DNA of 38,971 nt, from contig JANMBA010000157.1 of NCBI GenBank assembly GCA_031360105.1, positions 1 through 38,971 on the forward strand. Direction: 5' to 3'. Positions within the stretch are counted from its first letter, which is position 1, and every line of letters starts with the position of its first letter. Shown one piece after another: positions 7,682 through 15,995 of the stretch. Origin of the DNA: Novosphingobium sp. (GTDB lineage Bacteria; Pseudomonadota; Alphaproteobacteria; Sphingomonadales; Sphingomonadaceae). A program made the translations under genes and the position numbers. A model generated the notes under the pieces. It worked only from the letters and a program-made list of their open reading frames with translations, ran no database searches and was not told the origin of the DNA.

Positions 7682-7849
7682 ATGAGCACACCGCGCACAC
7701 CATTCGACTGGACCGCTTGGTACGCCAAGATCCCCGGCATCCCCACCGACTGGGGTTTCACCAAAACGGCTGAACCTTCGCCGTTTGCGCCGCTGCCGCG
7801 CGGCGTGCTGCTGGCGCTGCGGCGGCGGCGGTTGCGGCTTGCGCGTTAG
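7682..7849 (+). CDS. Possible 55-aa hypothetical protein
   Basis: GAGG before ATG 7682; MSTPRTPFDWTAWYAKIPGIPTDWGF...LRRRRLRLAR with mostly G/C-ending codons. It fills the gap, and its stop overlaps the convergent P450 stop. Confidence 0.4.
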   Translation: MSTPRTPFDWTAWYAKIPGIPTDWGFTKTAEPSPFAPLPRGVLLALRRRRLRLAR

Positions 7850-9186
7850 GCTGCAGGCGCCGCGCTAAACCGCAGCGGCAGGGTCTTGAGCCCGCCGACA
7901 AAGGTACTTTTGGCGCGTTTGGGCTCGCCCGCCAGCTCGACATTGTCCAGCCGGTCGAGCAAAGCCTCGAACAAAATCCGCATTTCGAGCCGGGCCAGGT
8001 GCAGCCCGAGGCACTGATGCGCGCCGGCCCCGAAGGCGATGTGCCGGTTGGCGGCTCGCGCCGCGTCGAACTTGCGCGGATTTTCGAATTGCGCGGGATC
8101 GTGGTTGGCGGCGACATAGTTGATCATCAGCCAGTCACCGGCTTTGACCGGGATGCCATCGACGATCGCATCCTGCGCGGCGGTGCGCATGAAATGCTGC
8201 ACCGGAGTGGTCCAGCGGATCGCTTCCTCGACGATTCCCGGAACCAGGCTGCGATCTGCTTTGACCTTGGCAAATTGCTCGGGATCGCGGGCCAAGGCGA
8301 GCATCGCGCCGGCAGTGCTGGCGCTGGTGGTGTCGTGCCCGGCAGCGGCGATGATGATGTAGTACCCCGCCAGATCCTGCGCGGTGAGCGGCGCGCCATC
8401 GATTTGCCCGTTAGCGAGGATCGAGGCGACATCGGCGGTCGGCGCGGCGCGGCGCTGCGCGGCTAGACCTTCGAAATAGGCTTCGAAATCCTTGACCGCG
8501 CCAGTCACGATCTGGAGGATTTGCTCAGGCGCCAGTGCCGCGATGCCCGATTTGTTGAGGTCTTCGTCCTGCCCGCCGAACATCTGCTGCGTCAGGAACA
8601 GCATCCGCGGCTCGTCTTCCTCGGGCACGCCGAGGATCTGCATGACGACGTGCAGCGGGTATGGCGCGGAGACCAGCTGGACGAAATCCACGATCTTGTC
8701 TTCCCCAGGCCCACCCTCTCCCGCCTGAATGAGCTTGTCCACCGTCCGCACCGCAAGCTCGCGGATCGCGGCCTCGATGGTGCGCAGGTTCTTGGGCATG
8801 AACCAGTCCTGCGTTAGGCGGCGCAGCTTGGGATGCTTGGGCGCGTCCAATACCACCAGACTGCTGACCAGGTTGGGGCTTTCCTCGCCCTGCTGCTTGG
8901 TGATCTGGCGGGCGAACGCCTCGCCGGTGTGGTTGGTGAACACGGTCGCGCGCGGGGCGTTGAGGAAGCCCGCATTGTCCTTGCTGATCTGCATCACCGC
9001 ATCGTAACCGGTGACCAGCCAGAACGGGTCGTGATCGCCGGTCGGGCTTTCGATCCGGGTCAGCGGGCTTTGCTCACGCAGCCGGTCGAACACGTCGAGC
9101 ACCGGGTCCCAGTCGGCGTAGCTTTGCGGATCGATCACCGCAATCGCATCGGCGGGAGAGGCGGTCGGGGCAGCAACAGTGGCCAT
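7846..9186 (-). CDS. Cytochrome P450 (CYP108-like)
   Basis: I-helix AAAGHDTT, EEAIR (ExxR), WTTPVQHFMRTA, heme motif FGAGAHQCLG. Confidence 0.95.
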   Translation of the reverse strand: MATVAAPTASPADAIAVIDPQSYADWDPVLDVFDRLREQSPLTRIESPTGDHDPFWLVTGYDAVMQISKDNAGFLNAPRATVFTNHTGEAFARQITKQQGEESPNLVSSLVVLDAPKHPKLRRLTQDWFMPKNLRTIEAAIRELAVRTVDKLIQAGEGGPGEDKIVDFVQLVSAPYPLHVVMQILGVPEEDEPRMLFLTQQMFGGQDEDLNKSGIAALAPEQILQIVTGAVKDFEAYFEGLAAQRRAAPTADVASILANGQIDGAPLTAQDLAGYYIIIAAAGHDTTSASTAGAMLALARDPEQFAKVKADRSLVPGIVEEAIRWTTPVQHFMRTAAQDAIVDGIPVKAGDWLMINYVAANHDPAQFENPRKFDAARAANRHIAFGAGAHQCLGLHLARLEMRILFEALLDRLDNVELAGEPKRAKSTFVGGLKTLPLRFSAAPAA

Positions 9187-9188
9187 GA

Positions 9189-10727
9189 TCAGGCTCCGGT
9201 CTGCGCGGCATCGTAAGCCGCCTTGTATTCATCGCGCAGGTGGCGCTTGTAGAGCTTGCCGGTCAGCTCGCGCGGCAGTTCGGCGCGGAAATCGATCTGG
9301 CGCGGCATCTTGATCCGGCTGAGCTGGCCGCCGAGATAAGCGGTCAGCTCTTCGGCCAGGGCCGGACCGGCATCGGCCATATCCATCGGCTGGATCACCG
9401 CCACCACACGTTCGCCCATGTCGGCATCGGGCGCGCCGATCACCGCCGCGTCGGCCACTTTGGGATGGGTGACCAGCAGGTTTTCAATCTCCTGCGGGTA
9501 GATGTTGACCCCGCCCGAGATGATCATGAAGCTCTTGCGGTCGGTCAGGAACAGGTAGCCGTCAACGTCCTGATAGCCGACATCGCCCAGGCTCGACCAG
9601 CCGTGCTGGTTGCGCGCGTCCGCGGTCTTGGCCGGGTCATTATGGTATTCGAACGGCATCATGCCGGCGGTCGGCTCAAAGAAGATCTGCCCCTCGGTGC
9701 CGCGCTGAACCTCATTGCCGTCCTCGTCGCAAACCCGCAAAATCCCCGACAGCGCTTTGCCGACCGAGCCGGGGTGCGCCAGCCATTCGGGGCTGGAGAT
9801 GAAAGTCGAGCCATTGCCTTCGGTCCCGGCGTAATATTCGTACAACACCGGCCCCCACCACTCGATCATCGCGCGCTTGATCGGCACCGGGCAAGGCGCG
9901 GCGGCGTGAATCGCGCATTTGAGGCTGGAGACGTCGTATTTTGCGCGGGTCTCGGCTGGCAGTTTGAGCATTCGCACAAAATGGGTCGGGACGAACTGGC
10001 CGTCAGAGATCTGGTACTGCTCGATCGCAGCCAGCGCGGCCTCGGGATCGAACCGCTCCATCACCACGACGGTGCCGCCGATCTTGTGCACCGTCATCGA
10101 CCAGCGCAGCGGCGCGGCGTGGTATAGCGGTGCGGGCGAGAGATAGCGCGCCGCGGCGTCAATCCCGTATGCCTGCATTGCCAGCTGGACCAGCACATTG
10201 GTCTGTTCGATCGCCGGATCGGCCGGCAACGGGATCTTGACCCCCTTGGGCCGCCCGGTGGTGCCTGACGAATAAAGCATATCGACCCCGGCGCGTTCGT
10301 CGGCAATCGGCTTGGCCGGCAGCGCGGCCAGCGCCGCTTCGGCTGCGCCGCCAAACCGCAATTGCGGCACGCCCGGCGCCAGGTCCGCAACCTCATCGAG
10401 CAGTGGGGCAAGGTAAGCCGAGCCGAACAGCAATTTCGCGCCGCTGTCTTCAAGGATATACGCCAGTTCAGGCGCGGTCAGCCGGCTCGAGATGCAGACG
10501 TAATGCACCCCGGCGCGCTGGAACCCCCACGTCAGGCAAAAGAACCACGGGTGGTTTTCCATGGCCAGTGCAACCGTATCGCCCACCGCGATCCCGCGCG
10601 CACGCAGCAGTTGCGCGACCTGGTTCGAGCGGTCGTCGAGCGCGGCATAGGACACCGTCTCGCCGCTGCCCGCCATGATGATCGCGGGCTTGTCGGGATG
10701 GCTGCGGGCGTGAATGGACGGGTGCAT
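9189..10727 (-). CDS. Acyl-CoA synthetase (AMP-forming ligase)
   Basis: YSSGTTGRPKG, YYAGTEG, SLGDVG, DRKSFMIISGGVNIYPQEIE, TGKLYKR; 2-nt gap to the P450. Confidence 0.95.
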   Translation of the reverse strand: MHPSIHARSHPDKPAIIMAGSGETVSYAALDDRSNQVAQLLRARGIAVGDTVALAMENHPWFFCLTWGFQRAGVHYVCISSRLTAPELAYILEDSGAKLLFGSAYLAPLLDEVADLAPGVPQLRFGGAAEAALAALPAKPIADERAGVDMLYSSGTTGRPKGVKIPLPADPAIEQTNVLVQLAMQAYGIDAAARYLSPAPLYHAAPLRWSMTVHKIGGTVVVMERFDPEAALAAIEQYQISDGQFVPTHFVRMLKLPAETRAKYDVSSLKCAIHAAAPCPVPIKRAMIEWWGPVLYEYYAGTEGNGSTFISSPEWLAHPGSVGKALSGILRVCDEDGNEVQRGTEGQIFFEPTAGMMPFEYHNDPAKTADARNQHGWSSLGDVGYQDVDGYLFLTDRKSFMIISGGVNIYPQEIENLLVTHPKVADAAVIGAPDADMGERVVAVIQPMDMADAGPALAEELTAYLGGQLSRIKMPRQIDFRAELPRELTGKLYKRHLRDEYKAAYDAAQTGA

Positions 10728-10771
10728 GATCGGCTCTCCATTGCCGCGTTGAAGGCGGCTTTGGGATTAAG

Positions 10772-10787
10772 TTAACCGTTCGGTTAA
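10772..10787. promoter_or_regulatory. Palindromic operator upstream of the ligase-P450 operon (TetR-like)
   Basis: TTAACCG-TT-CGGTTAA, perfect 7-bp arms, 45-60 nt upstream of the ligase ATG. Confidence 0.6.
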
Positions 10788-10895
10788 ATCGTGCAATCGA
10801 ATCTTTCTGGCGGCCCCCGCTGGCGGCTCACTGCGCTGCGGAAGACCTCGGCCCGAACAGCGCAGGCAGCAAACTGGCGCGCTCAATCAGGCAAG

Positions 10896-10926
10896 AAAAA
10901 GGCGGCGGTTGCCCGCCGCCTTTTTT
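10896..10926. terminator. Rho-independent terminator (bidirectional form) downstream of the M23 gene
   Basis: AAAAA-GGCGGCGG-TTGC-CCGCCGCC-TTTTTT. Confidence 0.85.
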
Positions 10927-10990
10927 CCAGCATCCTCCCGAAAGCTGGTGCAGGCCGGGGTCTTGGTGCCCCGTGCCCGATCAAATCCGT

Positions 10991-11749
10991 TTATTCGCCG
11001 TCATCCTCGCCGCCGCTGCCGCCGATCGCGGCTTGCACGGGGTTTACCGCAGCGCTCTGGATGCCGCCTTGCAGATAGGGAACCGGGTTTACCGCGACGC
11101 CGGCAATCCGCACTTCATAGTGAAGGTGCGGGCCGGTCGAGCGGCCAGTGGTACCGACGTAGCCGATCAGATCGCCCTTGTGGACGACTTGTCCGGCCGC
11201 GACGTTAAGCCGTGACAGGTGGCCATAGCGCGTTTCGATATTGCCGCCATGCTCCAGGCTGATGAACAGCCCATAGCTGGAAAACCATTCGGCGCGGCCA
11301 ACCATGCCATCAGCGGTGGCATAGACCGGACTGCCAACCGGCTCGGCCAGATCGATGCCCTTGTGCTGGCGGTGGCCGCCGGTCACCGGATGCCAGCGCA
11401 TGCCGAACCCGCTGGTCAGCGCCGCGCCGTTGACCGGCATGCGTGACGGGATCGATACCGCAGCAGGGCGATAGCTGGTGGCCGAAGGCGGCGCGACGAC
11501 CTTGGTCATCGGGGTAAGCACCAGTTGGCCGTTATCGAGCGACTTCCAGCCGTTGAACAGTTTGCGGAAATCTTCATCGCCGCTTTGTGCGCCGGGCTTG
11601 GCAGCTTGCGCGGCGCGCAACGGTGAGGTGATGTCGGCGCTGGCAGCAGCGCTGTTAGCCATGGCGGGAATTGCAACGGCCAGTCCCGAAATTGCACCGA
11701 TCACACCGGCAAAACCACGCAACTTGGCAAAAAACGTTAAAGTGAGCAC
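10991..11749 (-). CDS. M23 family metallopeptidase (peptidoglycan endopeptidase)
   Basis: HKGID, TRYGHL, TGRSTGPHLHYEV zinc motifs; N-terminal signal-like segment. The GTG start is uncertain. Confidence 0.92.
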   Translation of the reverse strand: MLTLTFFAKLRGFAGVIGAISGLAVAIPAMANSAAASADITSPLRAAQAAKPGAQSGDEDFRKLFNGWKSLDNGQLVLTPMTKVVAPPSATSYRPAAVSIPSRMPVNGAALTSGFGMRWHPVTGGHRQHKGIDLAEPVGSPVYATADGMVGRAEWFSSYGLFISLEHGGNIETRYGHLSRLNVAAGQVVHKGDLIGYVGTTGRSTGPHLHYEVRIAGVAVNPVPYLQGGIQSAAVNPVQAAIGGSGGEDDGE

Positions 11750-11890
11750 TCAACCAACCTTGTCTTTTCAGTCACTTTTCAGTGGCTGTGCGAACCCTTG
11801 CTTCACTGACCTGAAAGGCCGGTGTGCGCGTGTTATCGAGATGGTCGGTAGCCCCCCGCCGTCTCTGGGAACCGATTGCCGGGTCATTGG

Positions 11891-12682
11891 TTAACATACA
11901 AGTCCAGCGTAGAAGCTGCGCGATAGACCGGCGCTGGAACGCGCTGAGTCGTTGAACGGTGGCTTAACGGTGCCGCCAAAGTGGCGCGCAACCAAGCTTT
12001 TCCATTGCTCTTCGGGCGATTCGTCGTGACCCGCAGCCAGCGCGATAAAATGCTTTGTGCCAAACCGGACGTGACCGATTTCATCGTCAAGGATTCGTTT
12101 GAGGATTTTTGTGCCGCGCGCGTCGCCTGCTGCTTCGACCCGCGCCAGCATCGCCGGGGTCACATCGAGCCCGCGCGCCTCGAGCACCATCGGCACTACC
12201 GCCAGCCGCGCTGCGACATCGTGCCGGGTGGCGTGCGCAGCATCCCACAGTCCGCCATGCGCGGGCAACGCGCCGTAATGGCTGCCCAGGCCGGCCAGGT
12301 GCCGCTCGATCAGCGCGAAATGCATGGCTTCTTCGGCAGCGACGGTCAGAAAATCGCTGACAAAGCCGCGCCCCATCGCGCTGCCAAACCGCCCCGCCAT
12401 ATCGAGCGCCAAATCGATCGCGACAAATTCGATATGCGCCAGCGCGTGCCACAGCGCGATCCGCGATCGCTCGGTCCCGCCTTTGCCGCGCTTGGGCATC
12501 TGGCCGGGGGCGAGCAGCCTGAGCGCGGCTGGCTGGCCCGGATAATCGGGCATGGCGGCGTCAAACACCCAGTCCAGTCGCCCCTGCCGCCAACCCCGCA
12601 CCAATGCGCGGGTCCGCATCACCTTGGCCCGTGGATCATTTTCGAGCAGTGCGCCGCGAATGGCCGCGGATAGCGTGGTCAC
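11891..12682 (-). CDS. Ferritin-like domain protein (DUF455)
   Basis: HALAHIEFVAIDLA, EEAMHF, LEARGLDVTP, DEIGHVRFG. The GTG at 12682 overlaps the bcp stop. Confidence 0.9.
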   Translation of the reverse strand: MTTLSAAIRGALLENDPRAKVMRTRALVRGWRQGRLDWVFDAAMPDYPGQPAALRLLAPGQMPKRGKGGTERSRIALWHALAHIEFVAIDLALDMAGRFGSAMGRGFVSDFLTVAAEEAMHFALIERHLAGLGSHYGALPAHGGLWDAAHATRHDVAARLAVVPMVLEARGLDVTPAMLARVEAAGDARGTKILKRILDDEIGHVRFGTKHFIALAAGHDESPEEQWKSLVARHFGGTVKPPFNDSARSSAGLSRSFYAGLVC

Positions 12683-13155
12683 AGGTCCTGCGCGGCGGCG
12701 AGCACTTCGGCGGCGTGGCCCTTGACCTTGACCGGGCTCCACACCTGCGCGATCCGGCCATCGGCAGCGATCAGGTAAGTCGAACGGATCATGCCCATGT
12801 AGCTGCGGCCATACATCGATTTTTCGGCCCACACCCCCAGCGTGTCGCTCAGCCCGCCGGTTTCGGCGTCGCTGGCGAGTGGTATTGTCAGCCCGTATTT
12901 GCTGATGAATTTGGCGTGTTTGGCGGGCGGATCCTTGCTGATCCCGAGCACCGCGGTCCCAGCCCCGGCAAAGTCTTGCGCCAATGCCGAAAAATCCTGA
13001 TTTTCGGTGGTGCAGCCGGGGGTGTCGTCCTTGGGATAGAAAAACAGCACCAGTTTCTGCCCGGCAAAGCTGGCCAGATCGAGCGCGCTGCCATCAAGCG
13101 CGATCAGGCTGGCGGCGGGGAGCGCGTCGCCGACGCCGGGGAACTGAGCCATCAT
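12679..13155 (-). CDS. bcp: Peroxiredoxin BCP/PrxQ
   Basis: FFYPKDDTPGCTTE, EKSMYG, RSTYLI, VKVKGHA. Confidence 0.93.
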   Translation of the reverse strand: MMAQFPGVGDALPAASLIALDGSALDLASFAGQKLVLFFYPKDDTPGCTTENQDFSALAQDFAGAGTAVLGISKDPPAKHAKFISKYGLTIPLASDAETGGLSDTLGVWAEKSMYGRSYMGMIRSTYLIAADGRIAQVWSPVKVKGHAAEVLAAAQDL

Positions 13156-15863
13156 TCAATCTCCAGAGCAATGCCGAACGTCTGCTGCCAGGCGGCCGCC
13201 ACGTCGCGCCGGGCGGCGGTCAGCCCGGCCAGCAGTTGTGCCCAATCGCCGGATTCGCAAATCTGCGCAAGCACGCTGCGCGCCGCCGCGCTTGGTTCGG
13301 CACGCCCTGGAGCGAGCAGCCGCGCGGCGACCAAAAACCGGCTGAGCCGGCCATGCGCGGCAATCAGCGCGGGCGGCAGCAGCCCCGCGCCAACCAGCTG
13401 CGCCAAAGCCTCTTTCAGCCCCGGAACCAGCGCGCGCGCATCGCGCAGTTGCAGATAATGGATCAGGAATTCCAGATCGACCAGCCCGCCGCGGAGCAGC
13501 TTTATGTCGTACGGCGAGGCGGCGGGTTTGTGCTGCGCCATTTCGCCGCGCATGTGCAGCACATCCGCGCGCAACGCGTCAGGATCGCGCGGGGCGGCCA
13601 GCACGCTGTGAATGATCTGGTCCAGCGCGCGGCGCGCCTCGACCGGGCCAAACAGCGCGCGCGCGCGGGTCAGCGCCATGTGCTCCCACGTCCATGCGCT
13701 TTCGCGTTGATAGCGCTCGAAACTGCCCAGCGTCACCGCGATCGGCCCTTGCGCGCCCGAAGGCCGCAGCCGCGTGTCAACTTCGTACAGCGCGCCCTCG
13801 GCGGTCGGGACCGACAGCGCCGCAATCACCCGCTGTGCCAGGCGGTTGAAATAAAGCGTTGCGCCCAACGGCCGTGCGCCATCGGATTCGGTGCCATGAT
13901 CGCCGCTGAACACGAACACCAGATCAAGGTCGGAGGCATGCGTCAGCGCCCCGCCGCCCAGCCGCCCAAGCCCTAGCACCAGCAATTCGCCGCCCGGAAC
14001 CCGGCCATGCACGGCTTCGAATTGAGCGCGCGCAGCATCGACCAGCACCGCCAGCGCGGCTTCGGCCACCCGGCTTAATCCGGCAGCAATTTCCAGCGGG
14101 TCGCGCACGTGTTCGATCAGTTGCACGCCCAGCGCAAAGCGCACTTCGCTGACCCGGCGGCGCACGCAATCGAGCAAGGCTTCGTAGCTATCGCCCGTTT
14201 CGCACAGCGCGAAATAGGCGGACAGTTCGGCCACGCTGCCTGGCAAGTCGAACGCGCTGGCGTCAATTAGCGGATCGAGCAAATCAGCGCGCTGCGCCAG
14301 CGCGTCGGCCAGCGGCGGGGCCAGCCCGAGGATCCGCACGAGCAGCTCGATTAACGCGGGCCGCGCTTCAAGCAGTCGGAACAGGCCGAGCGCGCTGGGC
14401 AATCCGGCCAGCAATTGTTCCCAGCGCAGCAGCGCGCGCAGCGGCTCGGGCGACTTTGCGAAAGCGGCCAGCAGCGGCGCCTGGATTGCATCGAACGCCC
14501 CGCGTGCGGCATCGCTGCGCAGCGCGCGGACCTTGCCGCTGCGCCAGCCCGCGATCCGTGTCGCCAGTATGTCGGGATCGGCAAAGCCCAGCTGCGCCAG
14601 TTGCGCCACCAAAGCTGCACCACGCGGCGCTGCCAGCGGGATCACCGCGTGATCGGCGCTGTGCTGCGCGAGCAACGCATCGTACCGCGAGCCAACCGCC
14701 TCGCTGATCGCGGTTAGTTCGGCCACCAATTCGCCGCCATCTGTCAAACCATCGAGGCGTGCGACGCTATCAAGCGCTGCGGGATCGAGCGGCAGCCGGT
14801 GCGTCTGCTGGTCAGCGACCATCTGCAGCCGGTGCTCGATCACGCGCAGCCGGTCATAGCTTGCGCCCAGCAGCGCGGCATCGGCCAGATCGATGATCCC
14901 CGCAGCCGCGAGCGCATCAAGGCTGGCGCGGGTCCCGCGGAGCCGCAATTCAGGCCGCCGTCCGCCGTAGATCAGCTGGTGCGTCTGTGCGTAAAACTCG
15001 ATTTCGCGAATCCCGCCGCGGCCTTTTTTAAGGTCGAACCCAGGGCCGGGGCGCGCCGGCCCGGCATAGTTGGCCCGGATCTGCCGGGTCAGCCGCGCAA
15101 TTTCGGAGATTGCACCGAAGTCGAGGCTCTTGCGCCACACGAACGGGCGAATCGCGGCCAGAAATGCTTCACCCGCGGCAAGATCGCCTGCGCAGGCCCG
15201 CGCGCGGATAAACGCCGCGCGTTCCCATGCCAGCGCCGCGCTTTCGTAGTGGCTGAGCGCCGCATCGAGCGAGATCGCCAGCGGGGTCACCTCGCTGGCC
15301 GGGCGCAGCCGCAAATCGACCCGGAAGACATAGCCGTGGTCCGTAACGTGGCTCATGATCGCCATCAGCGAGCGCGCCACGCGCTGCGCCGCCTCGGCCG
15401 GATCGTCGCGCGCGCGGCGGGGCAATAGCGCCGGATCGTACAACAGGATCGGGTCGATGTCGGATGAATAGTTAAGCTCGCCCGCGCCGTGCTTGCCCAG
15501 CGCGAGCGCGAGGAACCCGTTTGGCTCAGCTTCCGGTACCCGCTCGGTGATCGCCGCGGTGATTGCGGCGTCAAGCGCGCGGTCAGCGAACTGGCTGAGT
15601 TCGGTCATCACGCGGGCCAGTGGAAATGCCCCGGCCAGATCGCCGATTGCCACGGTCAAGGCAAGCGCGCGCTTTTCGCGGCGCAGCGCCACACCAACGT
15701 CGTCTGTTTCGTGCCCGGCAGCCTTGGCCCACGCCAACGCGGCCTCGGCCTGGCCATTTCCCAGCAAGTCCGCCAGCGCGGGCAAACGCTCAAGCCCTTG
15801 CGCCAGATAGGGCGAGTGCGCGGCGGCGCGGGCGATAGCTGCGGTCCAGGCGTGGCTGGTCAT
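13152..15863 (-). CDS. glnE: Bifunctional glutamine synthetase adenylyltransferase/deadenylylase
   Basis: Two nucleotidyltransferase domains: LGKHGAGELNYSSDID / RVDLRLRP and LGRLGGGALTHASDLD / YEVDTRLRPSG; AWTWEHMALTRAR. Start set to ATG at 15863. Confidence 0.95.
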   Translation of the reverse strand: MTSHAWTAAIARAAAHSPYLAQGLERLPALADLLGNGQAEAALAWAKAAGHETDDVGVALRREKRALALTVAIGDLAGAFPLARVMTELSQFADRALDAAITAAITERVPEAEPNGFLALALGKHGAGELNYSSDIDPILLYDPALLPRRARDDPAEAAQRVARSLMAIMSHVTDHGYVFRVDLRLRPASEVTPLAISLDAALSHYESAALAWERAAFIRARACAGDLAAGEAFLAAIRPFVWRKSLDFGAISEIARLTRQIRANYAGPARPGPGFDLKKGRGGIREIEFYAQTHQLIYGGRRPELRLRGTRASLDALAAAGIIDLADAALLGASYDRLRVIEHRLQMVADQQTHRLPLDPAALDSVARLDGLTDGGELVAELTAISEAVGSRYDALLAQHSADHAVIPLAAPRGAALVAQLAQLGFADPDILATRIAGWRSGKVRALRSDAARGAFDAIQAPLLAAFAKSPEPLRALLRWEQLLAGLPSALGLFRLLEARPALIELLVRILGLAPPLADALAQRADLLDPLIDASAFDLPGSVAELSAYFALCETGDSYEALLDCVRRRVSEVRFALGVQLIEHVRDPLEIAAGLSRVAEAALAVLVDAARAQFEAVHGRVPGGELLVLGLGRLGGGALTHASDLDLVFVFSGDHGTESDGARPLGATLYFNRLAQRVIAALSVPTAEGALYEVDTRLRPSGAQGPIAVTLGSFERYQRESAWTWEHMALTRARALFGPVEARRALDQIIHSVLAAPRDPDALRADVLHMRGEMAQHKPAASPYDIKLLRGGLVDLEFLIHYLQLRDARALVPGLKEALAQLVGAGLLPPALIAAHGRLSRFLVAARLLAPGRAEPSAAARSVLAQICESGDWAQLLAGLTAARRDVAAAWQQTFGIALEIE

Positions 15864-15995
15864 GGCGCAGCGATGGACGCTGCCGCGCCGCTGGGCAAGT
15901 CGTTCGTCGGATGCGGTCTTGCGCGCCGCTGCCGCCTTTGCCAGTGTGGCAAGACAATGCCTGAAGGGGCGTGTGCTTGAAGGGTGTGTCCGGCA

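Noticed and set aside
10772-10787. CtrA site
   Set aside because: Spacing is TTAA-N8-TTAA, not N7; the fully palindromic arms fit a homodimeric repressor better.
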